From Planctomycetales bacterium (lineage in GTDB: Bacteria > Planctomycetota > Planctomycetia > Pirellulales > Pirellulaceae): 49,910 nt of DNA. Under the pieces are notes generated by a model. That model was not told the DNA's origin. It saw nothing but the letters and a program-made list of their open reading frames with translations, and searched no databases. The stretch spans positions 1 to 49,910 of the forward strand of contig JAGQOZ010000001.1 in assembly GCA_020426955.1 (NCBI GenBank). The letters are read 5' to 3'. The position numbers and the translations under genes are program-made. Below, in pieces: positions 9,352 through 18,068 of this stretch. Each line of letters opens with the position of its first letter. Within the stretch, counting starts at the first letter, position 1.

Positions 9352-10734
9352 CTATTGCGTTGACGATTCTGGTTCGTCCGAAATCTCGGGCAATGCGTCC
9401 GGCAGCTGTAGTCGTTGCTCGCGAAGTTTTCGATCAAAACGTTCGTTGCGGACCAGCACCCATCCGACCAGAAGCAACGAAATGACAAACGCGCTGCCCA
9501 CAAACAGCATCCAATTCGAGCCGGTCGCGGGTGCATTGCTGACCAGTTGCAACGACTTGCCGATCAGTAGCGGAGCTTTTTGGAATCGACGTTCGCCGGC
9601 GGGAGCTTGATTCTCCAATAGTTGATTTCGGAACGCCCAAAGCTTGAAGTACGTACCAGCCACCTGCACGTCAGTACGAATATCAGGCCCCGCTTTCATT
9701 TCGGCCGGTAGTTCCGTCAAACAAAAAACAAATGGATAGGTCTGATATTCGACTTCCACATTCTGCACTGGGTCTTTCAGCAGCAAGCGGGTGGGCAACG
9801 GAACAAACACCTCGACTTCAAAGTAATGATCCAAACCGTACATGGCGCGGATGTCGGCATCTTGAATTTCAATTCGGACGCAACGTCTCGCCACACCCTG
9901 GATGGTATAGAGTTTTCCAACCTGCTGACGAGCGTTCTTGAGGAGTTCGGCAATTTGAAAGCGGTTAACTTCGGACGGAACGGCCTCTTGCCACTGTTGG
10001 TTCGGCAACGATCTGACGGTATGCAACATTTGATAAAACAGAGTTCGGTCGGCGGGCGTCAACGGGTCTCCGTGCCGAAGCTGGTGTACCAAATTAACAT
10101 CGACGTTCCAGCGACCAAGACGAATTAGGGCGTCGCCAAGCGAAGGAGATTCCGCTGCGTTCTGCGGATGCCACGCCATGGAATCAGTCAACCAGACAGT
10201 CGCTGATTGCGTGTCTCCGACTTTCAGAAACATGGCCGTCGTGCTGACCGTGAGACTGAGTGGTGAGTTTTCCGCAGTCGGCCAATCGCGAGGAATCGAT
10301 TTAGAGATCACTGTAGCGGTTCGATCTTCCGGCAAGGCAAGCTGCAACAAGAACACGTTTTCCATTTGAAATCGATCGGCCTCTTCGTTACTTAAGGCAA
10401 CTTTTTGGATCGAAGTCACGGTGCCGCGAATGGAAAACAATGCGGCTCGAAGCGTTTCCGGAGTTTCACTCAATTCGTCCCACGAAATACGCGTATGCAC
10501 AAAGCGGTACATGCCCGCCTTACGCAGGTCGTCAAACGCGAACAGAATTCGGTAAACCGTCTCCCATTCGTCATCTGAAATCGCTTGTCCGTCCTGCAGA
10601 AACTGAAAATAGCTTTCGTCGACACCTCGGACCGCTAGCAATTCTCGAGACGCAGCCAACGCATCAGAATCTTGCCCGTGCGCGTTTGACGCTGATAGAA
10701 ACAGCAAGATGATCCATGCATATCGAAATATCAT
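9352..10734 (-). CDS. hypothetical exported protein with a C-terminal TM anchor
   Basis: Signal peptide MIFRYAWIILLFLSASNAHGQ from ATG 10734. C-terminal TM WMLFVGSAFVISLLLVGWVLV followed by a charged tail. It starts 5 nt after the stop of the upstream gene. No recognisable domain. Confidence 0.55.
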   Translation of the reverse strand: MIFRYAWIILLFLSASNAHGQDSDALAASRELLAVRGVDESYFQFLQDGQAISDDEWETVYRILFAFDDLRKAGMYRFVHTRISWDELSETPETLRAALFSIRGTVTSIQKVALSNEEADRFQMENVFLLQLALPEDRTATVISKSIPRDWPTAENSPLSLTVSTTAMFLKVGDTQSATVWLTDSMAWHPQNAAESPSLGDALIRLGRWNVDVNLVHQLRHGDPLTPADRTLFYQMLHTVRSLPNQQWQEAVPSEVNRFQIAELLKNARQQVGKLYTIQGVARRCVRIEIQDADIRAMYGLDHYFEVEVFVPLPTRLLLKDPVQNVEVEYQTYPFVFCLTELPAEMKAGPDIRTDVQVAGTYFKLWAFRNQLLENQAPAGERRFQKAPLLIGKSLQLVSNAPATGSNWMLFVGSAFVISLLLVGWVLVRNERFDRKLREQRLQLPDALPEISDEPESSTQ

Positions 10735-10739
10735 GCCGG

Positions 10740-11666
10740 TTAGCCTCGCTTGAAAACCCACACCACAACGATCAGAGCAATGGTCGCGCTTGCGACTAAC
10801 ATGCCCAACACAGTTGTTCGACTTGGCAACTCGCGTCCCGCCACAGACGGATTTTGCTGCGACTGCATTGTTTTGGCCAGCAGCACTGGTGCCAAGATCA
10901 TTTCCTCCTGCGCTTGGTAGGGCCATCGTTTATAGCAGACTCCAAAGCAGGTTACGGGAACTTGCATTTCTACGGCCGGCGTCAAACCGTCCGGCAAATC
11001 AAGGCAGTACACTACCACGGGCGAATTCGTCGCTCCTTCTGGCTTGATCCAGCATTGCCAATAGCGATCGATGCCCATTTGATTCTGCGTCGCCTGCTTT
11101 TCTACAATTCGTCTCAACGAACCATGTATTTCCACCACTTGGCCTCGCAGTTCGGCCGTTTGTTGAAACAGTTGGGCGAATCCAATTCGGCCTACTGAAT
11201 TCGCCTGCACTTCTGCTTCCGAAGTCCGCTTCAAGCATTCCAGCACATAAAACCAAGGCTCGGCCTCGCGAGCTTGAAAGACCGTGTCGTCTTGGATTTC
11301 CGTCAAACGCGTGGCGTCAATCAACGGCGAAGCGCTTCCATCGCGGTTTTCTGCGTTGGCGGGCGTGCCTGCGATGGGCAAGACCAGCGGAGTGGTGAAA
11401 CTATCGGCGTTGGACGCCTCCGTAGTTGCGGGGCCAGCTTGGTCCGGAGCTCGAGTGTCAACGTTTTGATCAACCGGCGCGGTTTCCGTCGGCGTCAATT
11501 GCCAAAGCCAGCGCCAATTGGCTGGTTTGGCGGCTTCGGACATCAGAATGAAGATCAGCATTAGCGATCCGACCAAGACGAACAGCCGCATCTGCACGGA
11601 CCTAGATGCGTAGTTTGGCGGGCGGTGGCGAATATTCTTGGTGGGTGAATTCGGCTTTCTGCTCAT
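10740..11666 (-). CDS. hypothetical bitopic membrane protein (TM helices at the N- and C-termini)
   Basis: ATG 11666 (MSRKPNSPTKNIRHRPPNYASRSVQ). TM1 MRLFVLVGSLMLIFILM, a ~230-aa middle domain, and C-terminal TM VLGMLVASATIALIVVVWVF. No recognisable domain. Confidence 0.55.
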   Translation of the reverse strand: MSRKPNSPTKNIRHRPPNYASRSVQMRLFVLVGSLMLIFILMSEAAKPANWRWLWQLTPTETAPVDQNVDTRAPDQAGPATTEASNADSFTTPLVLPIAGTPANAENRDGSASPLIDATRLTEIQDDTVFQAREAEPWFYVLECLKRTSEAEVQANSVGRIGFAQLFQQTAELRGQVVEIHGSLRRIVEKQATQNQMGIDRYWQCWIKPEGATNSPVVVYCLDLPDGLTPAVEMQVPVTCFGVCYKRWPYQAQEEMILAPVLLAKTMQSQQNPSVAGRELPSRTTVLGMLVASATIALIVVVWVFKRG

Positions 11667-12021
11667 CGTGGCCTGCAATCTGGGCGGGAAAGCCCGGCTG
11701 GTATTTCGGCAACCTGAAATGCATACAAACGGAAACGACCTATCGCCGAACGACGTTTCGCTCAGCGAAATATTCGCTTCAGTCGTTATTTTCCGCGAAT
11801 TTCATCTGTTCGGGACGACGTTCCGCGCGACTCGTTCAATGTTTAATTGCCCAAATCTAGAATATCAAATACATTGAAATCCATGGGATTCTTTGCGATG
11901 GGCAGTTCCGGAACCTGTTTGTCGCTCCCTCGGATGAGCCGTCACCCCGTGATGGAACTCGTCTACTTTTCCAAGTATTCAGCAGATTCACAAGCACGGG
12001 AAGTGCGGGTGGCCAAAAACC

Positions 12022-15000
12022 ATGAGCAACACGCCTAGCCGCAGGATAGCCATCATCATTTTTGTGGGGATGACGTCTCTGCTGTCTGCCGATGATTCTG
12101 TGCCTGTGAAATTCTTGGAAGGACTGCGCGAACGAGGCTATTTTGATACGGCCATTGATTATTTGGACCGCATGCAAAGTGATACTCGTGTTTCACGAGA
12201 TTTCAAAAAGTCAATTCGTTACCAGCAAGGCCTGATCTTGCTGGAAGAGTTGCAGACGATTCGCGACTTTAAAGGCCGAGAGGAACAGCTGAACGTCGCT
12301 CAGGAACGGTTCGAACAATTCGAATCAGAACAGCCCGATCACGCCTACGTTCCGTTGTCGCGAACCAAACGAGGCAACATTTTGGTGGAACGAGCCAAAT
12401 TGCGATTGGCCAAATCGAATCTTCCGGGCACCATCGAACCAACCAAGAACGAATTGCAATCCGAGGCGGTTCAGCTATTTCAATCCGCTCAGGAGATCTT
12501 CCTGGCCAATCAGAAACAGCTCGCCAGCCGCTTGCAAGAGATCGGCTCCGATGTTGGCAACGATGCCGCATTGTTGGATGAACGAGACAAATTGCGGTGG
12601 GATTACGTGACGGTCCGGCAAAACATTGCCATGACCTATTTTGAAACCGCCGATGCCTTAAGTGCAGAAAAAGAGAAAAAGGAAATGCTCGGTAAGGCGG
12701 AAAAGGAGTTTGCCGAAGTTGCCGACAAATATTCCCGTTTCGCCGGCGGCACAACCGCCAAGCTATATCGCGGCATCTGCCTGAAACAGCTCGGAAAACT
12801 CAAAGAAGCCGTCGCGGAATTCAAGGATTTGACTGATACTCCCGACAAGAAGGATCCATTTCTACGAGACATTGTCACGCAAGCGGTTCGGCACACCTTG
12901 GAATGCTGGATCGACCCGTCCATGGCTTATTTTGATGCGGCAATCGAAATGGGTAATCAATGGCTGGACCAGCAGATGCCGCACGAACGCCAGAATTCAG
13001 AGTGGCTGGGAATGCAGCTGCAATTGGCGAAAGTTTACAAAGCCAAGGCCGACGCGGAAGGCAAAAACGCAAGCGAACTCACCGCACAAGCTCGTAAGAA
13101 CGCTTTGGTAGTAGCTCGTTTCCCCAGCCAATGGCAAGTTTCTGCTCGAGACTTTCTGGCCACGTTATCCGGAGCCGATGCAAATGCCACTACGGCCGAT
13201 TCGATACTGGAAAATATCAAGACGTACCAAGAAGCCATCGACGCGCTCAAACCGATTCAATCGGAGCACAAACTAGCTACCGCAACCATTCGCCTGTTGA
13301 CGAACCGTTTACCGACAGTGTCCGATCCGCAAGCTCGCTCCGACATGCAGCAAAAAATCGAAGAGGCCGAAGCCACGGTAGTTCGCGTGCAACCCGAGTG
13401 CGCCAAACTGCTGCGAATGGCGTTGATGCTGGCCGACCCGGAAACACCGGCGGAGAATCTGAATCAACTGCGTCGCGAACTTTGCTACTTTTATTACCTG
13501 GAAGAACAGTATTACGACGCAGTTGTTCTGGGTGAGTTTTTGACTCGGTATTATCCCACGACGACAGGCGCGGCGACGGCGGGCAAAATTGCACTCGCTT
13601 CGCTGGTCAAGCTTTACGAATTGGAGCCGGCCAATTCGCAGGAGATTCAAGGTCGAATTCTGGCATTGGCCACGTTGGTTCGAAATCAGTGGCCCGGCGA
13701 ACCCGAAGCGGCCGACGCCTTGAGCCTGCTGATCAATTTTTCCGTGACGTCGGGCAATATTGATGCGGCTGAAAAATACTTGGCCGAAATCGAATCTGAT
13801 TCGCCGCAAGTGGCCGATTCGCAATTGATTGTAGGCCAAGCATTGTGGAAAGAATTTACCGAAAAGGCTCGGCCGTTCGAAGGACAAACGATTCCGCCAA
13901 ATTTGACCGGAATTCGGCAGCGTGCGTTACGCTGGCTACAGAAGGGCATTGCCGGGCGAAGAGAAGCCGGTCCCAACGCTCAATCGCTGGTCGCTGTGCT
14001 GGCGGTTGCCAAGCACCATATTGACCAAGGTGAATTCGATGCGGCTATTCAATTGCTGGATGATTCGCAGGCCGGGCCGCACACGCTGGCCAAGTCGAAT
14101 TCACCGTTAATTGATTCTCCGCTGGTGGCGCAAAACGCGTTTGCCATGGCTATTCAAGCTTATGTTGGCATGATGGCCGGCAGTGACAATCCCAAGTCAC
14201 TGATTGACAAGACGCTTCAGTCACTGGACGGGTTAAGTAAGTACTTAGGAGACACGCCAGATGGTCGCAAGGCTTTGGTTAGCGAATATGTACGGCTGGC
14301 TCAGACGCTGAAAGCACAAATTCAAAATGCGCAACCGGCCAAACAACGTCCGCTGACCAAAGCGTTTGAAATGTTGCTGGAACGAGCTGCCGAATCAGCC
14401 AAAGATCCGGCGATTTTAGGCTGGGTGGGCGAATCCTATTCTGGACTGGGGACGGCATTGCGAAACACGGACGGTTCGCTTACTTCGGAAGGACAAGCCT
14501 ATTCCAAGAAAGCGCTCGACATTTTTTCGCGACTGCTAGATGAGGCAGGCAAGCCAGACGCCGATGTTCCAGAAAACTACGTTCCAGCGTTACAACTTCG
14601 CATGGCTTCCACCTTGAGTGATATCGGGGATTACCAAAAATCAGCCGACGCGTTTTATGAAATACTCAAGTTCAAAGAGTCTCAAGTTCACGTACAGATT
14701 GCCGCAGCCAAGAATTATCAAGCCTGGGGAGAAGCCGGGAACGCCGACGCCTATTTGAAAGCCATGAGTGGCGATCATCTCATTCCCAACGCTCGTCGTA
14801 ATCTCGTTTGGGGTTGGGGGCGACTGAGTCAACTACTAGGACGAAACAAACAGTACCGAGAGCTTTTCCATGAAGCTCGCTTCAATCTTGGAGTTTGCCG
14901 ATATCGCTATGCTCTGACGCAGACCGGCGAAAAACAACGTTCGTCTATGCAAAAGGCCAAACAAGATTTGATTCTGACATCACGGCTGTATCCCGACCTG

Positions 15001-15090
15001 GGCGGAGCCACTCAGAAAGAAAAATATTCTCAGCTGCTGCAGAGCGTCCAACGAGCACTCGGTGAATCGCCCACTGGATTTGGAAAGTAG
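12022..15090 (+). CDS. large (1022 aa) exported all-helical TPR-like repeat protein
   Basis: Signal peptide MSNTPSRRIAIIIFVGMTSLLSADD, then a long uninterrupted ORF rich in A/L/E/K/Q helical-repeat sequence. It is the first gene of a co-directional five-gene cluster ending in ExbB and two ExbD genes. Confidence 0.7.
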   Translation: MSNTPSRRIAIIIFVGMTSLLSADDSVPVKFLEGLRERGYFDTAIDYLDRMQSDTRVSRDFKKSIRYQQGLILLEELQTIRDFKGREEQLNVAQERFEQFESEQPDHAYVPLSRTKRGNILVERAKLRLAKSNLPGTIEPTKNELQSEAVQLFQSAQEIFLANQKQLASRLQEIGSDVGNDAALLDERDKLRWDYVTVRQNIAMTYFETADALSAEKEKKEMLGKAEKEFAEVADKYSRFAGGTTAKLYRGICLKQLGKLKEAVAEFKDLTDTPDKKDPFLRDIVTQAVRHTLECWIDPSMAYFDAAIEMGNQWLDQQMPHERQNSEWLGMQLQLAKVYKAKADAEGKNASELTAQARKNALVVARFPSQWQVSARDFLATLSGADANATTADSILENIKTYQEAIDALKPIQSEHKLATATIRLLTNRLPTVSDPQARSDMQQKIEEAEATVVRVQPECAKLLRMALMLADPETPAENLNQLRRELCYFYYLEEQYYDAVVLGEFLTRYYPTTTGAATAGKIALASLVKLYELEPANSQEIQGRILALATLVRNQWPGEPEAADALSLLINFSVTSGNIDAAEKYLAEIESDSPQVADSQLIVGQALWKEFTEKARPFEGQTIPPNLTGIRQRALRWLQKGIAGRREAGPNAQSLVAVLAVAKHHIDQGEFDAAIQLLDDSQAGPHTLAKSNSPLIDSPLVAQNAFAMAIQAYVGMMAGSDNPKSLIDKTLQSLDGLSKYLGDTPDGRKALVSEYVRLAQTLKAQIQNAQPAKQRPLTKAFEMLLERAAESAKDPAILGWVGESYSGLGTALRNTDGSLTSEGQAYSKKALDIFSRLLDEAGKPDADVPENYVPALQLRMASTLSDIGDYQKSADAFYEILKFKESQVHVQIAAAKNYQAWGEAGNADAYLKAMSGDHLIPNARRNLVWGWGRLSQLLGRNKQYRELFHEARFNLGVCRYRYALTQTGEKQRSSMQKAKQDLILTSRLYPDLGGATQKEKYSQLLQSVQRALGESPTGFGK

Positions 15091-15107
15091 GAATGACAGG
15101 AGCCACC

Positions 15108-16148
15108 ATGAAAACGATTCCGCAAACGTTTGTCCTGCTGTTTTGCGTGACATTCGCCACCAATAGCGGACTTGCACAAGATTCAATCTTGCTAAACCGG
15201 TCGGGACGAGGTTCGACGATTCTGGGCCGTATTACAGAAACGTCAAAAACGGATATTACGGTGGATGTTTCTGGCGATCCACAAAAAGTAGCGGCCAATG
15301 AAATCAAACGATTAAATCTGGCCAGCGAGCCTGGCGGCCTGCGTAGTGCAAGAAACTCGGTGCTGGCCGGTCAATTCGAACAAGCCATGGATTCGTTGGA
15401 AAACATTCGGGGTGAACGTTCCACCAGCGGGATCATCAAAGCGGAGATTGCGTTTTACCGAGCGTTTTGCCGAGCCCAAGTTGCGTTGCGAGGTAGCGGA
15501 GACGCTAAAGATGCGGCGCGAGAATTAGTCGAATTTTTGCGAGAAAACCGCGAAAGTTTCCATTACTACGAAGCGGTTGAAGCATTGGGGCAACTGGCTT
15601 TAGCCACCGGAGAGTACGAAGCGGCTGTTCGCTATTACGATGAATTAGCCAAAGCACCGTGGCCGGAATATCAGCTGAAGGCTCGTTCGCTGCAGGCGCA
15701 AGCTCTACGAGCGGACCGGAAACCGCAAGAAGCGTTACAACGGTTCGACGAAGTCTTGTCATCGTCGATTAATGACGCCCAGGCAGCTCGGCAAAAGGCC
15801 ATTGCCTCGGCCGGAAAGGCGGCTTGCCTAGCGGAACTCGGCAAAACCGACGAAGCTATTCAACTGGCCGAGCAGATTATGGCGTCCAACGATCCTACCG
15901 ATGCGGATCTGTTCGCGCCGTGCTACATTGCCCTGGGAACGGCATATCGCAAATCCGGCAAAACACTTGACGCCGCGCTTGCGTATCTGCATGTCGATAT
16001 AATCTATTTTGCAGAACGAGACGCCCATGCCGAGGCCCTGTTCTATCTCAGCGATTTATGGACCGAACTAAAACACCCCAACCGAGCGCTCGAGGCCAAA
16101 ACGATGTTGCGAAGTCGTTATGGCGGCACGGTGTGGGCAAAAATGTAA
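15108..16148 (+). CDS. exported TPR-repeat protein
   Basis: ATG 15108 follows AGGAG. Signal peptide MKTIPQTFVLLFCVTFATNSGLAQ. TPR-like units such as AIQLAEQIMASNDPTDADLFAPCYIALGTAYRKSGKTLDAALAYL. Confidence 0.7.
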   Translation: MKTIPQTFVLLFCVTFATNSGLAQDSILLNRSGRGSTILGRITETSKTDITVDVSGDPQKVAANEIKRLNLASEPGGLRSARNSVLAGQFEQAMDSLENIRGERSTSGIIKAEIAFYRAFCRAQVALRGSGDAKDAARELVEFLRENRESFHYYEAVEALGQLALATGEYEAAVRYYDELAKAPWPEYQLKARSLQAQALRADRKPQEALQRFDEVLSSSINDAQAARQKAIASAGKAACLAELGKTDEAIQLAEQIMASNDPTDADLFAPCYIALGTAYRKSGKTLDAALAYLHVDIIYFAERDAHAEALFYLSDLWTELKHPNRALEAKTMLRSRYGGTVWAKM

Positions 16149-16194
16149 TCGAATCAACCTAACTTTCAACGACCGATTTTTGCGGAGCGCTCCC

Positions 16195-17016
16195 ATGAGG
16201 CTTTTTTCTAACATCCAACTTCAACAAACCGGCATTTGGACCTTGATTGCCGTGCTAGCCTGCACGTACGTGGCCATCGAATGGACCATGCCCAGAACGG
16301 CGGTAGCTCAAGACGCCGAGGACGCAGAACCGGTCGGCAACGCGCCCGCAAACCCACAGAGCAACGCGGCTGACTCCGTACCCGCCAATACGAACTATCT
16401 GAAATGGGCCTATTCGGCTTTGGGACCAGGTTATTCGCTGGTGTTTCTGTCGCTTTCGCTTACTATGGTCGCGCTGTTTGTGATGAATCTGATCACCGCC
16501 AGACGAGAAAACGTGTGTCCCATGGCCTTGCTGGAAGGGTTTGAAGCTCATCTGAATGAACGGCAGTATCAAGAAGCTTACGAATTGGCCAAAGGTGACG
16601 AATCCTTCTTGGGCCAAGTCCTGTCTGCCGGTCTAGCGAAGCTGCAGTCGGGTTATTCGCACGCCATTGAAGCGATGCAGGAAGTGGGCGAAGAAGAAAA
16701 CATGAAGCTGGAACACCGGCTGAGTTACATGCAATTGATCGGTACCATTAGCCCGATGATCGGCTTGTTCGGAACCGTTCATGGGATGATCAGTTCGTTC
16801 CAAGTCATCGCCGTCGGCGGTAGCACTCCCAAAGCGACTGAACTGGCCGAAGGTATCTCGACCGCTCTGTTCACCACGCTGCTGGGACTCCTGATCGCTA
16901 TTCCAGCCATTGCGGCGTACAACATTCTTCGCAATCGAATCGCACGCCTTGTCCTAGAAGTCGGCATTCTCAGCGAAGGTTTAATGAGCCGCTTTGAAAG
17001 CTTGGACAAGAAATAG
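16195..17016 (+). CDS. MotA/TolQ/ExbB-family proton channel protein
   Basis: LIGTISPMIGLFGTVHGMISSF and EGISTALFTTLLGLLIAIPAIAAYNILRNR are the family core. ATG 16195 (MRLFSNIQL...) gives a signal-like N-terminus and an acidic periplasmic extension. Confidence 0.85.
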   Translation: MRLFSNIQLQQTGIWTLIAVLACTYVAIEWTMPRTAVAQDAEDAEPVGNAPANPQSNAADSVPANTNYLKWAYSALGPGYSLVFLSLSLTMVALFVMNLITARRENVCPMALLEGFEAHLNERQYQEAYELAKGDESFLGQVLSAGLAKLQSGYSHAIEAMQEVGEEENMKLEHRLSYMQLIGTISPMIGLFGTVHGMISSFQVIAVGGSTPKATELAEGISTALFTTLLGLLIAIPAIAAYNILRNRIARLVLEVGILSEGLMSRFESLDKK

Positions 17017-17036
17017 GACGAACCGGGAGACTGACC

Positions 17037-17474
17037 ATGCGAATTCGCAGCCGTTCATCCAAAGGCGCCGAAGGAGATTTGACGCCCATGATCGACATGA
17101 CATTCCAGTTGATCGCCTTTTTCATGGTGCTGATCAACTTTACGGAAGCCGATCAAAACGAAAAAATCACCCTTCCGACCAGCGTTCTGGCCAAGCCGCC
17201 CGAAGTCCCTTTCGAACACCCAATCTTTGTGCAGCTGCAAGATAATGGACGAGTGATCTTTGGCACGGACGATGTACCGATTTCTGCCATCAAAAAGTAT
17301 CTGGGGCGGGAAGTTAATTACTTGCGTTATGCCGAGAAATCCCCCAGCGATGCGACGGTTATCATTCGAGCCGACTCCGATGCTCCCACCGGAGACGTGC
17401 AGCAGGTTATTCAAATGTGCCAAGAACTGAAGTTTGATCGGTTCGCACTGCGAGCCAAAGAAGAAGTCAATTGA
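17037..17474 (+). CDS. ExbD/TolR-family biopolymer transport protein (copy 1)
   Basis: GGGAG RBS. DLTPMIDMTFQLIAFFMVLI is the signature TM with the conserved Asp. Periplasmic domain with VIIRADSDAPTGDVQQVIQMCQE. Confidence 0.85.
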   Translation: MRIRSRSSKGAEGDLTPMIDMTFQLIAFFMVLINFTEADQNEKITLPTSVLAKPPEVPFEHPIFVQLQDNGRVIFGTDDVPISAIKKYLGREVNYLRYAEKSPSDATVIIRADSDAPTGDVQQVIQMCQELKFDRFALRAKEEVN

Positions 17475-17507
17475 TGACCGTCCCATTTCACCAACGGGCA
17501 AGCTCAG

Positions 17508-18023
17508 ATGAGAATTAGAAATACTCGGAAACTGGAAGAAGAACAAATTGAATTGCAAATGACGCCGATGATCGACATCGTGTTTCAGTTGTTGGTTTTC
17601 TTTGTCATGACTTTTAAGGTCGTGGCGCAAGAAGGCGATTTCAATATCAAAATGCCTCTGGCCAGTGAATCGACCGGCATTCCCGAAGATCAACCGCTAC
17701 CGCCTATGCGCTTAGTGCTTCGCTCGGACGACGAAGGGAATCTTGCCGGAATTTCCCTGAACGATCAACCGTTTACGAACTTTCGCGAAGTGAACGAATA
17801 CGTACGCTCGTTGATCGGCGATAGCTCGGGCCCCAATGGCGACGCGTTTCGCGATAGCGCCGAAATTGAAATCGACAGCGATTACTTGTTGAAATACTCC
17901 AACGTAATTGCTGCCGTTACCGCAGTCACTGGCTATGTGGATCAAAACGACAAGGTGGTCAAGTTGGTCGAAAAAATCAAATTCGCGCCGCCCAAACCCG
18001 CACCCGCTCAGCAAGCTCAATAG
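17508..18023 (+). CDS. ExbD/TolR-family biopolymer transport protein (copy 2)
   Basis: QMTPMIDIVFQLLVFFVMTF signature TM with the conserved Asp, followed by a periplasmic domain and a Pro/Ala/Gln tail. Confidence 0.8.
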   Translation: MRIRNTRKLEEEQIELQMTPMIDIVFQLLVFFVMTFKVVAQEGDFNIKMPLASESTGIPEDQPLPPMRLVLRSDDEGNLAGISLNDQPFTNFREVNEYVRSLIGDSSGPNGDAFRDSAEIEIDSDYLLKYSNVIAAVTAVTGYVDQNDKVVKLVEKIKFAPPKPAPAQQAQ

Positions 18024-18068
18024 GTTGCATTCCCGCTTCGAAAAAGCGTTGCCACGCTGCAAAACTAG

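Noticed and set aside
9352-10926. Full-length 524-aa version of the minus-strand ORF
   Set aside because: Its first 64 codons overlap the 3' end of the upstream gene. A clean signal peptide starts at the internal ATG 10734, 5 nt after that gene's stop.
13309-13887. 192-aa minus-strand ORF, plus other antisense or alternate-frame ORFs within 12022..15090
   Set aside because: They are embedded in the 1022-codon TPR gene and have arginine- and serine-rich, low-information compositions typical of shadow frames.
17055-17693. 212-aa minus-strand ORF
   Set aside because: It is antisense to two ExbD genes that have textbook signature helices.
18024-18068. Possible bidirectional terminator between convergent exbD and purD (cgcttcgaaaaagcg)
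   Set aside because: It has only a 5-bp stem and no flanking U-run on either strand. That is too weak to annotate.
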